Source: Thermococcus sp. JdFR-02
GTDB lineage: Archaea; Methanobacteriota_B; Thermococci; Thermococcales; Thermococcaceae
Direction of reading: 5' to 3'
Length of the DNA: 64,000 nt
Assembly (NCBI GenBank): GCA_002009975.1
Contig: MTLP01000022.1
Location: 1 to 64,000 of the forward strand
Part shown: positions 1 to 9,947 of the stretch, one piece after another
Numbering within the stretch: position 1 is the stretch's first letter
Layout: every line of letters starts with the position of its first letter
The notes under the pieces: generated by a model
What the model saw: the letters and a program-made list of their open reading frames with translations, nothing else
What the model was told of the DNA's origin: nothing
Databases searched by the model: none
Program-made: the position numbers and the translations under genes

Positions 1-981
1 CCAAACAAACATCCCACCCTCAGGCCTAGTCCACACAACACCACCAGGCATAAACTCCTCCAAACAATCAAGCATAACATCCCTCTTAGGCTTATAGAAC
101 TTTATGAGGTCCTCGATATGTTTCTTTAGTAAGCCTTTTTTCATAAATGTCCAGGCAATGTATTGACCAACCGTATTTGTACAGATGTCAATGGTTTGCT
201 TTCCAACTTCAATCTTTTCCATAAGCTCCTTGTCACCAACAAGCCAAGCCAATCTAAAACCGGGAACAAATATTTTTGAAAAAGTGCCGAGGTAAATTAC
301 ATTCCCGCTCTTATCATAGTGCTTTATCGCCTTTACATGGCTACCAGAATATCTCAAATCGCCATATGGATTGTCTTCAACTATAACAAATTCAAATTCA
401 TCTGCTAATTCGACTAAATGCTTTCTCCTTTCCTCACTCATTGTAACTCCAGTTGGATTTTGAAAAGTAGGTATTGTGTATAGAAGCTTAATGCCTTTTC
501 CTTCACTCTTAAGTTTCCTCAAGGTCTTTTCAAGCTGGAAAGTGTTTAGTCCATTCTCATCCAATGGAATCTGAAGAAATTTTGGCTCATAAACCTGAAA
601 CGTATAAAATGCTACGAAATAGCTTGGAGCTTCAACTATGATTGTATCAGCTGGATTAACAAACACTCTCCCTATAATATCCATTCCTTGCTGAGATCCA
701 TGGGTTATCGCTATCTCATTAGGAGTGACATTTATGCCTTGAGTCTTTTTTAGGAATTTTGAAAGCTCTTTCCTAAGCTTTTCAAATCCAAAAGTTGTTG
801 AATATTGAAAAGCTTCAGGATTTTCAGCTATTTCTAAAAACGCTTCTTTTATTTTCTCAAGAGGAAAAGTTCTGGTATTTGGAACTCCTCCAGCAAATGA
901 GATAACATCTCCCTCTCTAATTAAGCTAAGGACTTTTTTAAGTTCAGATGTATCAACACCTAAAATCCTATGTGAAAACAT
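1..981 (-). CDS. PLP-dependent class I/II aminotransferase, partial (runs off window start)
   Basis: Translated by hand from ATG at 981: MFSHRILGVDTSELKKVLSLIREGDVISFAGGVP; motifs YTIPTFQNPTG, EDNPYGDL, GTFSKIFVPGFRLAW. Not in ORF track. Confidence 0.85.
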   Translation of the reverse strand, partial: MFSHRILGVDTSELKKVLSLIREGDVISFAGGVPNTRTFPLEKIKEAFLEIAENPEAFQYSTTFGFEKLRKELSKFLKKTQGINVTPNEIAITHGSQQGMDIIGRVFVNPADTIIVEAPSYFVAFYTFQVYEPKFLQIPLDENGLNTFQLEKTLRKLKSEGKGIKLLYTIPTFQNPTGVTMSEERRKHLVELADEFEFVIVEDNPYGDLRYSGSHVKAIKHYDKSGNVIYLGTFSKIFVPGFRLAWLVGDKELMEKIEVGKQTIDICTNTVGQYIAWTFMKKGLLKKHIEDLIKFYKPKRDVMLDCLEEFMPGGVVWTRPEGGMFVW

Positions 982-1289
982 TTTAAATCCCCCAAACAGG
1001 TTAAAAGGTTTCTAGAAATATGGTTTTCTTGGATTTAAATCTTTTCACATGTTTTTTGAATAAATGACAAATATTGCAATTCCACTGAAATCTTAAATAG
1101 GAATCTTGTAATTTTTGGATTTCCAAAACCTACAAAAACTTTTGGTACACCTTTCTAAATGTTAAACAAATTAATGAGAATTATTGTCTGAAGATTTTAC
1201 GATTTAACAATAATTTATTCGAAAAACCTTATATATTTAATGCTCGTAAACCATTTACTGAAAACCATGTACATGGAGGTGCTACCAAG

Positions 1290-2984
1290 ATGAATTCTGC
1301 CATTGTAATATTGGCAGCTGCAATTATTTATGTGGCATTGTATTTTACCTATGGAAAAAGCCTTCAAAGCAAAATAGTTAAAGCAGATCCAAGCAGACCA
1401 ACACCAGCACACAAACTTTATGATGGAGTTGACTATGTCCCAGCACACCCATTAGTGCTTTATGGACACCACTTTGCCTCAATAGCAGGTGCTGGACCAA
1501 TCGTAGGTCCCGCTATAGCTATGGCATGGGGATGGTTACCAACGCTACTTTGGGTATGGTTTGGAAATGTTTTCATTGGTGCAGTTCACGACTATTTAGC
1601 ATTGATGGCATCAGTTAGATATGATGGTAAGTCTATTCAATGGATTGCAGGTAAAATAATGAGCAAAAGAACTGGTATTGCTTTCGAAGTTTACATATGG
1701 TTCACACTCTTACTTGTAGTTGCAGCGTTCGTTGCAGTTGTATCAAACATATTTGTAAACACTCCACAAGCAGCAACAGCGTCACTGTTATTCTTGTTAG
1801 TAGCAATAATCCTCGGATGGTTAATGTACAAAGCAAAGTTAAACTTCTATGCAGCAACAGCAATAGGACTTATATTGTTGGTAATAGGCGTATACATTGG
1901 GTTCAAGAACCCACTGGTAGCAAGTTACCACACCTGGAACATAGTGCTCTGGCTTTACATCATTGCAGCATCATCACTACCTGTGTGGATTCTATTACAA
2001 CCAAGAGACTATCTAAATGCCTACATACTCTGGTTCGGACTGTTAATAGGCGGTATAGCATTCATAGCATTAGCAAAGCCCTTTGAGGTTCCTGGATTTA
2101 CAATGTGGTCTGCTAATGTTGTTGGTAAGCAACCTTCACCATTCTGGCCAACGATTCCATTGGTCATTGCATGTGGTGCATTGAGTGGATTCCACTCAAT
2201 AGTTGGTTCCGGTACATCCTCAAAGCAATTGGACAATGAAATTCATGGATTATTGGTAGGATATGGTGGAATGTTCACAGAGGGATTCCTATCAACAATT
2301 GTCATTACATCTATAGCAGTTTATGGTGTTAAATTAACAGGATTAAGTGCTGATGCAGTAACATGGGGAACTCAATACATCACAAAAGGTGGATTAGGAA
2401 CATTCATTGGAGGATATGCACAAGGATTAGCTGATCTATATGGAATTGATGTAACACTAGGTAAGACCTTTGCAAGCTTGTGGGTTTCAGCATTTGCTTT
2501 AACATCATTAGACACCGCAACGAGGCTTGGAAGATTTGCATGGCAAGAAGTCTTTGGAATGGTTGTAGACACTACCCAAGGAATCTACAAGACCATAACA
2601 AACAAGTGGGTCGCATCAATCATAATTGCTTCACTTGGAACTTACTTAGCATGGGGAGCGGGTTATAAGGTGTTATGGCCCGCATTTGCTGGTATGAACC
2701 AGTTATTAGCTTCAATTGCAATGATGACCGCTGCATTATGGGCATACAAGATACAAAAAGCAGGAACATGGAGCTATGCAGTTTTAATCCCAGCATTATT
2801 CCTTTGGATAACAGTTACAGCTGGTATTATATGGTACATCATGGTAATTCCACTAAGCGGAGCAACCTTAATAGGTGCCAAGGGTTCATTGGTTGTCGGC
2901 TTGCTCTTAAACCTCCTCTTAGCTTACGACTTCTACCTTGCATGGAAGGCACCAGCAGAAGAGTATGAAGCGGCTGCTGCTTGA
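1290..2984 (+). CDS. cstA: Carbon starvation protein A family peptide/monocarboxylate transporter
   Basis: DGVDYVP, GHHFASIAGAGPIVGP, PVWILLQPRDYLN, ACGALSGFHS, ALTSLDTATRLGR motifs; polytopic membrane protein. Confidence 0.95.
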   Translation: MNSAIVILAAAIIYVALYFTYGKSLQSKIVKADPSRPTPAHKLYDGVDYVPAHPLVLYGHHFASIAGAGPIVGPAIAMAWGWLPTLLWVWFGNVFIGAVHDYLALMASVRYDGKSIQWIAGKIMSKRTGIAFEVYIWFTLLLVVAAFVAVVSNIFVNTPQAATASLLFLLVAIILGWLMYKAKLNFYAATAIGLILLVIGVYIGFKNPLVASYHTWNIVLWLYIIAASSLPVWILLQPRDYLNAYILWFGLLIGGIAFIALAKPFEVPGFTMWSANVVGKQPSPFWPTIPLVIACGALSGFHSIVGSGTSSKQLDNEIHGLLVGYGGMFTEGFLSTIVITSIAVYGVKLTGLSADAVTWGTQYITKGGLGTFIGGYAQGLADLYGIDVTLGKTFASLWVSAFALTSLDTATRLGRFAWQEVFGMVVDTTQGIYKTITNKWVASIIIASLGTYLAWGAGYKVLWPAFAGMNQLLASIAMMTAALWAYKIQKAGTWSYAVLIPALFLWITVTAGIIWYIMVIPLSGATLIGAKGSLVVGLLLNLLLAYDFYLAWKAPAEEYEAAAA

Positions 2985-3310
2985 AGCTTTCTAAACTTTC
3001 TTTTATTTATTTCTTTCTTGGAGGCGATTTAATGCTTAAAAAGATTCTATGGTGGATATCATTACCCATAAGGGTTTTGTGGGAGTTTAATAAAGGATTT
3101 AAACTTTACTATGTGAAAGGCATACAATGGGAACTCGAAGAGTTAGAAAATATCTTTGCTTTAATTTTGCTTGGTAGTTATATCGGGATTCCAAATCCCC
3201 CCATCGATTTAAGCTATCGTTTAGTACCTTACATGATTAGAGAGATTTATGTTATGCAAGAAAAATCCACAAAAGAGATAAATCTTAGAACGGGGTGGTT
3301 AAATGTTTGA
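2981..3310 (+). CDS. Small cstA-associated protein, paralog 1 (likely start ATG at 3032)
   Basis: ELEELENIFALILLGSYIGIPNPP motif shared with next gene; GGAGG RBS before 3032. Confidence 0.7.
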   Translation: MKLSKLSFIYFFLGGDLMLKKILWWISLPIRVLWEFNKGFKLYYVKGIQWELEELENIFALILLGSYIGIPNPPIDLSYRLVPYMIREIYVMQEKSTKEINLRTGWLNV

Positions 3311-3572
3311 AGGTTTAAAAGCATTCCTACGAGGATTTCTAAACTCTTTCAAAGCACGTTCTACAGATTATATAGAATTTGAAGAAAAAGAGCTTGAGAA
3401 TGTTTTTGCATTAATCCTAATGGGTTCATTTATAGGAATACCTTCACCACCAACAACACTAGTTATGCGCCTAATGCCCCATATGGTTCGGGAAATCTAT
3501 GTTATGCAGAGGAGAGTAGTTGATATGGATGATATATTTGGTGAAATTGCAGCAATGTTTGAAATAACATGA
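3303..3572 (+). CDS. Small cstA-associated protein, paralog 2
   Basis: EEKELENVFALILMGSFIGIPSPP; paralog of upstream gene; overlapping operon. Confidence 0.75.
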   Translation: MFEGLKAFLRGFLNSFKARSTDYIEFEEKELENVFALILMGSFIGIPSPPTTLVMRLMPHMVREIYVMQRRVVDMDDIFGEIAAMFEIT

Positions 3573-3573
3573 G

Positions 3574-4575
3574 GTGAATAAAATGAAAGAGTATTTAAGT
3601 CCAAAAGAGGGATTTAAGGTCCTTTTTTTCATTGGTAAGGGTGGAGTTGGAAAAACAACCACTTCAGCCGCTACCTCAGTGACCTTAGCGAAAAAAGGAT
3701 ATAAAACGTTAATAGTTTCAACCGACCCCGCACACAACTTAGGCGATGTCTTTATGATCAAGCTAAATGATAAACCGAAGAAGATTATAGAGAACCTTTA
3801 TGCAATGGAACTTGATATGGAAAAGTTAATTCAAAGCTACCTAAAACGCTTGGAAGAAAATCTAAAGCACATGTATAAATACTTGACAGTTATAAATTTG
3901 GAGAAATACTTTGAGGTGCTAAGCTTTTCACCCGGGATTGAAGAGTATGCAACCTTGGAAGCTATTAAGGAGATTTTACAAGAGGGGAACAAATGGGATA
4001 TTATAATCTTTGACACCCCACCAACAGGCCTTACTTTGAGAGTTCTAGCTTTACCTCAAATTGCCTTACTTTGGACGAACAAGCTCATTGAAATTAGAAA
4101 AAAGATTCTTGATAGGAGAAAAACAATAGAAAGAATTCAAGGAGAAAGAAAGTTTGTTATAGAAGGACAAGAGTATAAACTCCCAAGTGAAGAGGAAGAG
4201 GACGCTGTAATGAAAGAGCTTAAGAAATACAGAGAAGAAATAAAGTATGTACACAATATTATAACAAATGAAAACAAGACAAGCGTCATTGCAGTTATGA
4301 ATCCAGAGATGTTGCCCTTCTATGAAACAGAGAGAGCCTACGAAACACTAAGAAAGTTCAGGATACCATTTAAATTAGTTGTGATTAACAAGATCATCGA
4401 ACTTAAAGATGTCCCTCCTACACTTAAAGTCAAAATAGAAACTCAAAAGAAGGTAATGGAGAAAATTGCAGAGAGATTTAAAGGCGTTGATATACTTAAA
4501 GTTCCCATGTGGGAGGAAGAGCCGAGAGGTTTAGAATGGCTTGAAAAAATTGGAGGTATGATTGTTGGAGATTGA
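3574..4575 (+). CDS. ArsA/Get3(TRC40)-family SIMIBI ATPase
   Basis: GKGGVGKTT deviant Walker A, STDPAH, PGIEE, FDTPPTG switch II. Confidence 0.9.
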   Translation: MNKMKEYLSPKEGFKVLFFIGKGGVGKTTTSAATSVTLAKKGYKTLIVSTDPAHNLGDVFMIKLNDKPKKIIENLYAMELDMEKLIQSYLKRLEENLKHMYKYLTVINLEKYFEVLSFSPGIEEYATLEAIKEILQEGNKWDIIIFDTPPTGLTLRVLALPQIALLWTNKLIEIRKKILDRRKTIERIQGERKFVIEGQEYKLPSEEEEDAVMKELKKYREEIKYVHNIITNENKTSVIAVMNPEMLPFYETERAYETLRKFRIPFKLVVINKIIELKDVPPTLKVKIETQKKVMEKIAERFKGVDILKVPMWEEEPRGLEWLEKIGGMIVGD

Positions 4576-4858
4576 AGAAATTTACAAAGAGCTTGAAAAG
4601 GTAATAGAGCCTACAAGTGGGGAAGATATAGTTAAGTTAGGCATAGTAAGCAAGATCATCAAAGAAAACAATAAATTTTTGATCTTTCTGAGTTTAGCAA
4701 GAAGAACTCCTTGGAGTCCTTTTGAAATGGCGATGAACTGGACAGTTCATGCCAAGATTGTTAAAGAGATAGTAAAAGTTTTAGAGGAGAAAATAGCAGA
4801 TTTTGAGATATATGATGATATGACACTGCAGAGATATTATCCGATAAAGGGGGTTTAA
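4562..4858 (+). CDS. DUF59/MIP18-like small protein
   Basis: IYKELEKVIEPTSGEDIVKLGIV resembles DUF59 N-terminus; no conserved Cys. Confidence 0.6.
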   Translation: MLEIEEIYKELEKVIEPTSGEDIVKLGIVSKIIKENNKFLIFLSLARRTPWSPFEMAMNWTVHAKIVKEIVKVLEEKIADFEIYDDMTLQRYYPIKGV

Positions 4859-4860
4859 TC

Positions 4861-5517
4861 ATGAAAGTTTCACCTGAATTTTTACTTGCAATAATGGTTT
4901 TGGGTGCCATTGCAGCTGTGCAGTTTTTCAAAGGGAGAAAGCTTAACTTAATGATGATGCAACATTATTTAAAGGCAATAGAAGACGTTGTAAAGCCAAA
5001 GGATAAGGATTATATATGGATAGGTGGGTACGTTGGATTTAGAGCTTTTTATAAAATTAGAGAAGGTAACATTGACAAATTTGAATACACACTAACGCTC
5101 TTACCAAGACAGAGCATACTTTACTTTCCAATCTCAAAGATCATAAACAGACATGATAAGCTTTACATAGTCGTTCGTCCTTACTCTCAAATTAAAAGAG
5201 AGATACACTTAATTCAAAAGGGCTATTACAGATTTAAGCCAAAAATTGAAAATGAGCCGCTTTTGCAGAAGGATATTATTGAAGTTAATGGGAAGCAATA
5301 TGAAGCACTGTTTGAGAAAAGAAGAGACATTGAGCTTTTAAGACAATTCTTACAAGGCTTTTCAAATCCCCTGAACGTTAAACATATCTCACTAACACCT
5401 AAAACAAATGTGCTCTATATTTTCATGAAGCCAGAGCCAGAAACAATAGAGGAAGACACGCAACATATAGTAAGGTTTGTAAATGAAAAATTAAAGGAGA
5501 GCCCTTTTGATACGTGA
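4861..5517 (+). CDS. Single-TM conserved protein, possibly CCDC47/DUF1682-like
   Basis: N-terminal TM then FFKGRKLN and LTLLPRQSILYFPISKIINRHDKLYI. Confidence 0.6.
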   Translation: MKVSPEFLLAIMVLGAIAAVQFFKGRKLNLMMMQHYLKAIEDVVKPKDKDYIWIGGYVGFRAFYKIREGNIDKFEYTLTLLPRQSILYFPISKIINRHDKLYIVVRPYSQIKREIHLIQKGYYRFKPKIENEPLLQKDIIEVNGKQYEALFEKRRDIELLRQFLQGFSNPLNVKHISLTPKTNVLYIFMKPEPETIEEDTQHIVRFVNEKLKESPFDT

Positions 5518-5527
5518 TTCTTCGTCT

Positions 5528-6466
5528 TTAAATTTCTTCTTTTACATAAACGTATGCTTCTCTCAAGTCGATTCTTTCCCTTAAGAACCTCAATATATAT
5601 TGTCCACAATTAGAACCAATTAAATTCTCTCTAGTGTCACCCACTGATAATATCACGTCATAACCCCTCTCTTTGAGATCTTCCACAAATCTTCTGTGCT
5701 TTATGGGCATTCCGCTCTTTAAATCAACATCATTCCTGAGGTTGTTTTTCTTGACACTGACAGTTGGATTTAAGGGAGTTATTTTGATTAAAAAGTATTC
5801 TTTTGGGAAATACTCTTCAATAACATCTGCCTCGACCACATTTTCTTCAGCTAAAGCGAAATTGAGCGTTATCTTTTTTCCTCCTTCATCATAAAATCTT
5901 GCTCCATAATCAGCAATTTTCTCAAAGCCCCACTTTTTGACGGGTATTATTTCATCCCTCTGCTTTGAATCAGTTGAATGAATTGAAAACTGAAGCTGGA
6001 AGTTAGTTGGAAACATTTCTTTTTTGAGCTCTAAAAGTCCTTCAAAGAACCTATCAGTTCCTATTGGAGCTATCGTGGAAAGAGATGGATGAAAGTTTTC
6101 ATATTTTTCACCTAAAACCCTCAAAGCATCGAGAACAGCAGGATTAAAAGAAGGTTCTCCCATTCTTGCAAATTGAACCTTAAATTTCTTTGTTCTGACT
6201 TTTCCATCTGGAAAGCGCCTTTTTATAGGATACTCCACCTGCTCTAAAAGTTCTTCCACAGTTAGCTTCCCTTTATAAAAGAAGCCAGCATCACACATTT
6301 TACATCCAACGGGACAGCCATTGAGCGATGAAATTATCAATACCCATTTTTCGTCTATATTTTTAGTAGGAGTTGACTCTACAAACTCAACTATGTTTCC
6401 CCTCGATGTCTTTCCGATATAAACCTTAGCTACTCTCTCATCCCCAATCTCCTTAAGTATCTCCAT
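5528..6466 (-). CDS. RlmN/Cfr-like radical SAM protein
   Basis: CPVGCKMC CxxxCxxC, MGEP, SIH and C-terminal NCGQ motifs. Confidence 0.8.
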   Translation of the reverse strand: MEILKEIGDERVAKVYIGKTSRGNIVEFVESTPTKNIDEKWVLIISSLNGCPVGCKMCDAGFFYKGKLTVEELLEQVEYPIKRRFPDGKVRTKKFKVQFARMGEPSFNPAVLDALRVLGEKYENFHPSLSTIAPIGTDRFFEGLLELKKEMFPTNFQLQFSIHSTDSKQRDEIIPVKKWGFEKIADYGARFYDEGGKKITLNFALAEENVVEADVIEEYFPKEYFLIKITPLNPTVSVKKNNLRNDVDLKSGMPIKHRRFVEDLKERGYDVILSVGDTRENLIGSNCGQYILRFLRERIDLREAYVYVKEEI

Positions 6467-7265
6467 ATCTCTCCCTCCTCCAAATCTCCATTGCAGTTTT
6501 TATTCCATCTGCGATGCTTAAAGCTGTCTGCCTATATATCCCATTTTTGACATCTCCTACTAAAAAGACATTTTCCTCATTTAAAACTTCTCTTGCAAAG
6601 TCCAAATTTGGTTCCCTTCCAATGGCTACTAATATTACATCAAATTCAAAATTTCCAGCTGTTGTTTTAGCTAATCGCTCTCCAACATCTAAAACCTGAC
6701 CCTTAACAACGGAGACATTTTTCCTCTCTTTTATATATTCTCTGAGTAGGGGTAATGCTTTAGGCTCACTTCTTGTGAGTATTATAACCTCCTTTGCCCT
6801 TTCACTCATAGTTAGTGCATAATCAAAAGCTACATCCCCTCCACCAATTATTAAAACCCTCTCAAAGTTCCCTTCCGGAACATCAATCACATGATAAAAT
6901 AGCCTTGATGTGTTCAAGTTAAGTCTTTTTGGTTTAGTCCCGCTGGCTATAACAACGTACTTAAATGTATATTCTCCTTTATTTGTAATAACTCTGAAGA
7001 GATTTCCTTTTTTCAAAATTCTCACAACCTCTTCGTATAGAATTTTGAGCTCATATTTTTTGACATATTCTTGAAGAATTTCAACAACTTTTACTCCCTT
7101 AATCCCATCTGGAAAGAACATTGTATTTTCAACAGAATAAGCGTTCCTTATTAAACCACCAATTGCTTCGCGTTCAAATATGAGAGCATCTATCCCATAA
7201 CGCTTGAGCTGAACAGCAGTTGCAATTCCTCCAATACCCCCTCCAACTATTCCGACAAGAGCCAC
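6453..7265 (-). CDS. Thioredoxin-reductase-like FAD/NAD(P) oxidoreductase lacking CxxC
   Basis: GGGIGG FAD motif, IIGGGDVA, AIGREPN, VFLVGD. Confidence 0.8.
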   Translation of the reverse strand: MALVGIVGGGIGGIATAVQLKRYGIDALIFEREAIGGLIRNAYSVENTMFFPDGIKGVKVVEILQEYVKKYELKILYEEVVRILKKGNLFRVITNKGEYTFKYVVIASGTKPKRLNLNTSRLFYHVIDVPEGNFERVLIIGGGDVAFDYALTMSERAKEVIILTRSEPKALPLLREYIKERKNVSVVKGQVLDVGERLAKTTAGNFEFDVILVAIGREPNLDFAREVLNEENVFLVGDVKNGIYRQTALSIADGIKTAMEIWRRERYGDT

Positions 7266-7882
7266 TCTTTCACCTCCTCCAGCAGAGGAGTTACAGCAAA
7301 TCCATGAGCTATTGCCCTTATAGTTCCTTCATGAAGAGCTCTGTTTTGAGTTAAAGTTCCATCTACTGGGAATATGACCCTAAATCCTCTTATAAAAGCT
7401 TCCCTGGCTGTTGTTTCACAGCATAGATGTGTCATAACGCCTGTTATTACAATTGTTTCAACTTTAAGATTTTTCAATAGTTCTCCCAAGTTGGTTTTAT
7501 AAAAAGCGCTGTAGGAAGTTTTGTCCAAAATGTAATCACTAAAAGGCTTAAGATCATCCACAATGTCAAAAAACTCGCTTTCTTTTTCTAATTTACTGCC
7601 CCACCAAAACTCCATCAAATTGTTTTCATCATGATGTCGGGTAAAGATTATTGGAGCATTGATATTGTCATAAAATTCTCTTAAATGTTCTATGAATTCT
7701 TTTGATGAAGGAAGAAATGCTTTAGATCCTTCATTAAGGAAATATTTTTGAAGATCTATCCCCAGTATGGCAACTCTTTTAAACTTCCTCAATTTCTTCC
7801 ATTGCCTTTCTCGAAAGTATTTTTCCCTTAGTTTCACCAAAAAGCTCTCACTAAAGTAACGTTCCTTCATAACTAACACCAT
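7247..7882 (-). CDS. Isochorismatase/cysteine hydrolase family protein
   Basis: IDLQKYF, KTSYSAF, GVMTHLCCETTAR triad motifs. Confidence 0.9.
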   Translation of the reverse strand: MVLVMKERYFSESFLVKLREKYFRERQWKKLRKFKRVAILGIDLQKYFLNEGSKAFLPSSKEFIEHLREFYDNINAPIIFTRHHDENNLMEFWWGSKLEKESEFFDIVDDLKPFSDYILDKTSYSAFYKTNLGELLKNLKVETIVITGVMTHLCCETTAREAFIRGFRVIFPVDGTLTQNRALHEGTIRAIAHGFAVTPLLEEVKEWLLSE

Positions 7883-8883
7883 TAAGTTTTCATTACATAA
7901 AAATACCTCTCTAAAGAACCATGAACCCTCTGATAGTGTTTTTCCAGAACTTTAAAACCAATCCTCTCTGCAATTTTTTCAGCATCAAAGCTCTTTGGAA
8001 AAGCTATACTTAAATAACCATCCAAAACCTCATATATGCTTTCTAGGGCTTTTATATATAGTTCATCTTTCCTCCTTCCAGCTAAAGTTGCAGAAGTCCC
8101 ATAGGGGGGATCAGTTACAACGGCTTCAAAAGTCTTATCTGGAAAGACTTCTTTGAGTTTTGTAGCATCCCCCACTCTTAGATCATAATCCTTAACTCCA
8201 TAATGCTCTAAGTTAATTTTCGCCCCTTCTACCATATCCCTTCTTATATCAACACCATAGACTTTCAATCCCATTAAACCAGCTTCAATTAAAATACCTC
8301 CAGAACCCATAAAAGGATCTAAAACTTCATTTTTGGCTCTTGCGAGATTTACTAAAGCCCTTGAAATTCTTGGATGTAAAGAGATCGGCTTAAAGAAAGG
8401 TCTGTGATGGGCTTTTCTTTTTTCAAACTCCTTTGGACTGAAGCGATGCTTCCTAATTCCAACCCAAAGCTTATTGCCACAATAAACTCTAACAACTGTT
8501 TTTGGAGTCTTCAAATTAACTTTTAAACCCTGGTGATAAATTATTGCACCAAGTTCTCTCTCAATCTCTCTAACCTCATATTTACAATTTAGCATTGTTT
8601 CATTATCAACAGCAAAAGGCTCTTTAACTAAGTTCCTCCACTCAATATCCTTTGCAGTCTCATAAAGCTCCTCCAAACTTTTAGCTTCAAAAAGTAAAAC
8701 ACCGTATTCATGAGCCATGCCTAAGCGATTTAAAAACGAATAAGCCCTTTCATCAGCATTGGAAGTTAAGAGCAAGTAATCTCTCCCAAGAACTTTGAAA
8801 TTATTATCCGCTAGCTCCAAAAGGGCTTTAACTTCACTTTCTGCTAAGCTTGGTAAATTCCCAAGGATCTCAACATAAAGCAT
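7882..8883 (-). CDS. tRNA (guanine-10-N2) methyltransferase Trm11/TrmG10-like, THUMP plus MTase
   Basis: [33 protein letters not shown]. Confidence 0.8.
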   Translation of the reverse strand: MLYVEILGNLPSLAESEVKALLELADNNFKVLGRDYLLLTSNADERAYSFLNRLGMAHEYGVLLFEAKSLEELYETAKDIEWRNLVKEPFAVDNETMLNCKYEVREIERELGAIIYHQGLKVNLKTPKTVVRVYCGNKLWVGIRKHRFSPKEFEKRKAHHRPFFKPISLHPRISRALVNLARAKNEVLDPFMGSGGILIEAGLMGLKVYGVDIRRDMVEGAKINLEHYGVKDYDLRVGDATKLKEVFPDKTFEAVVTDPPYGTSATLAGRRKDELYIKALESIYEVLDGYLSIAFPKSFDAEKIAERIGFKVLEKHYQRVHGSLERYFYVMKT

Positions 8884-8924
8884 GGAGAAAAGTTGGAGAG
8901 AGGGCTTTTAAACTTTGCTCCAGT

Positions 8925-9935
8925 TTATGGATAACTTTTCCCATAGAGCCTCCAGAGTGCTTCGTTAAGCCATTTACTGTGAATTTCTTTTCCATAGAAC
9001 TTAACCCTGCATGCTGGCGCTTCAATTGCTCCAACGTACTTATCCGCAGCTCCGTAATACATAATCCACTTTCCTTTATATCTAACTAATGCCTCAGCAA
9101 AAACGACGTTCGGAACATTCCCTATTTTCTCCCAAAGCAACTGTGGCTCAAATATAGGCTCGTCAGACCTTGCAATGACTTTGTATGGATTGGAAGGGTC
9201 AAGAAGAGCCCATCCAATACTATAACCCTTTTCCCAGCTTGCTCCATTATAAAACAATAAAATCCCTTTGTCTGTCAATATTGGTGGAGGTCCTGGTTCT
9301 ACAAGACGCTCATCAAACATTCCCATTCTCGCTTCAAGTATTGGATTTTTCCAATCAGCTTTCCAATGTATGAGATCTTCACTATATGCAATCCATATCT
9401 TCCAGTCTCCAAAAAACATGATATAGGTTCCATTTATTTTAACTGGGAGTATTGCACCACTTTTTGTCCATGGCCATTCAGGGAAAACAATTCCATGCTT
9501 TTTCCAATTTATTAAATCTTTACTCGATGCTATTGCAAGCCTAGCGGTGGAACCGTCAAAAGCGGTGTAAGTCATATAATAAGTATCATTAACCTTTACA
9601 ATTCTCGGATCCTCACATCCCATCTTTTCCTCTGGAAGGGTAGGATAAATTATTGGCTTAGGATATTTCTCAAAGTTTATCCCATCTTTACTGATTGCAA
9701 GGGCTATATATGACCTGAATTTCTTATCTTGAGCCCTATAGAATAAATAAATAGTGTCATTGATAACTACAGCTGCAGGATTAAATGCCGCTTTAGAATC
9801 AAAGGGAAAATCTCCGGGTGACAGAATAGGTTTATCTGAAACTCTTACATATCCTTCAAGAGGTGGAGTACAATCAAAATCAAGCCCAATTACTAAAAAT
9901 ACAATAATAAATAAAGGAATAAGCAGTTTTTTCAA
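8925..9935 (-). CDS. GH130 family glycosidase/phosphorylase with N-terminal signal or anchor
   Basis: FNPAA, GCEDPR, KSGA, EPGPPP, NVPNVVF, YYGAAD; hydrophobic N-terminus. Confidence 0.85.
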   Translation of the reverse strand: MKKLLIPLFIIVFLVIGLDFDCTPPLEGYVRVSDKPILSPGDFPFDSKAAFNPAAVVINDTIYLFYRAQDKKFRSYIALAISKDGINFEKYPKPIIYPTLPEEKMGCEDPRIVKVNDTYYMTYTAFDGSTARLAIASSKDLINWKKHGIVFPEWPWTKSGAILPVKINGTYIMFFGDWKIWIAYSEDLIHWKADWKNPILEARMGMFDERLVEPGPPPILTDKGILLFYNGASWEKGYSIGWALLDPSNPYKVIARSDEPIFEPQLLWEKIGNVPNVVFAEALVRYKGKWIMYYGAADKYVGAIEAPACRVKFYGKEIHSKWLNEALWRLYGKSYP

Positions 9936-9947
9936 AATCTATCCCCC

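Noticed and set aside
3574-4575. Arsenic resistance operon
   Set aside because: The ATPase lacks metal-binding Cys, and there is no arsB/acr3, arsC, arsD or arsR nearby.
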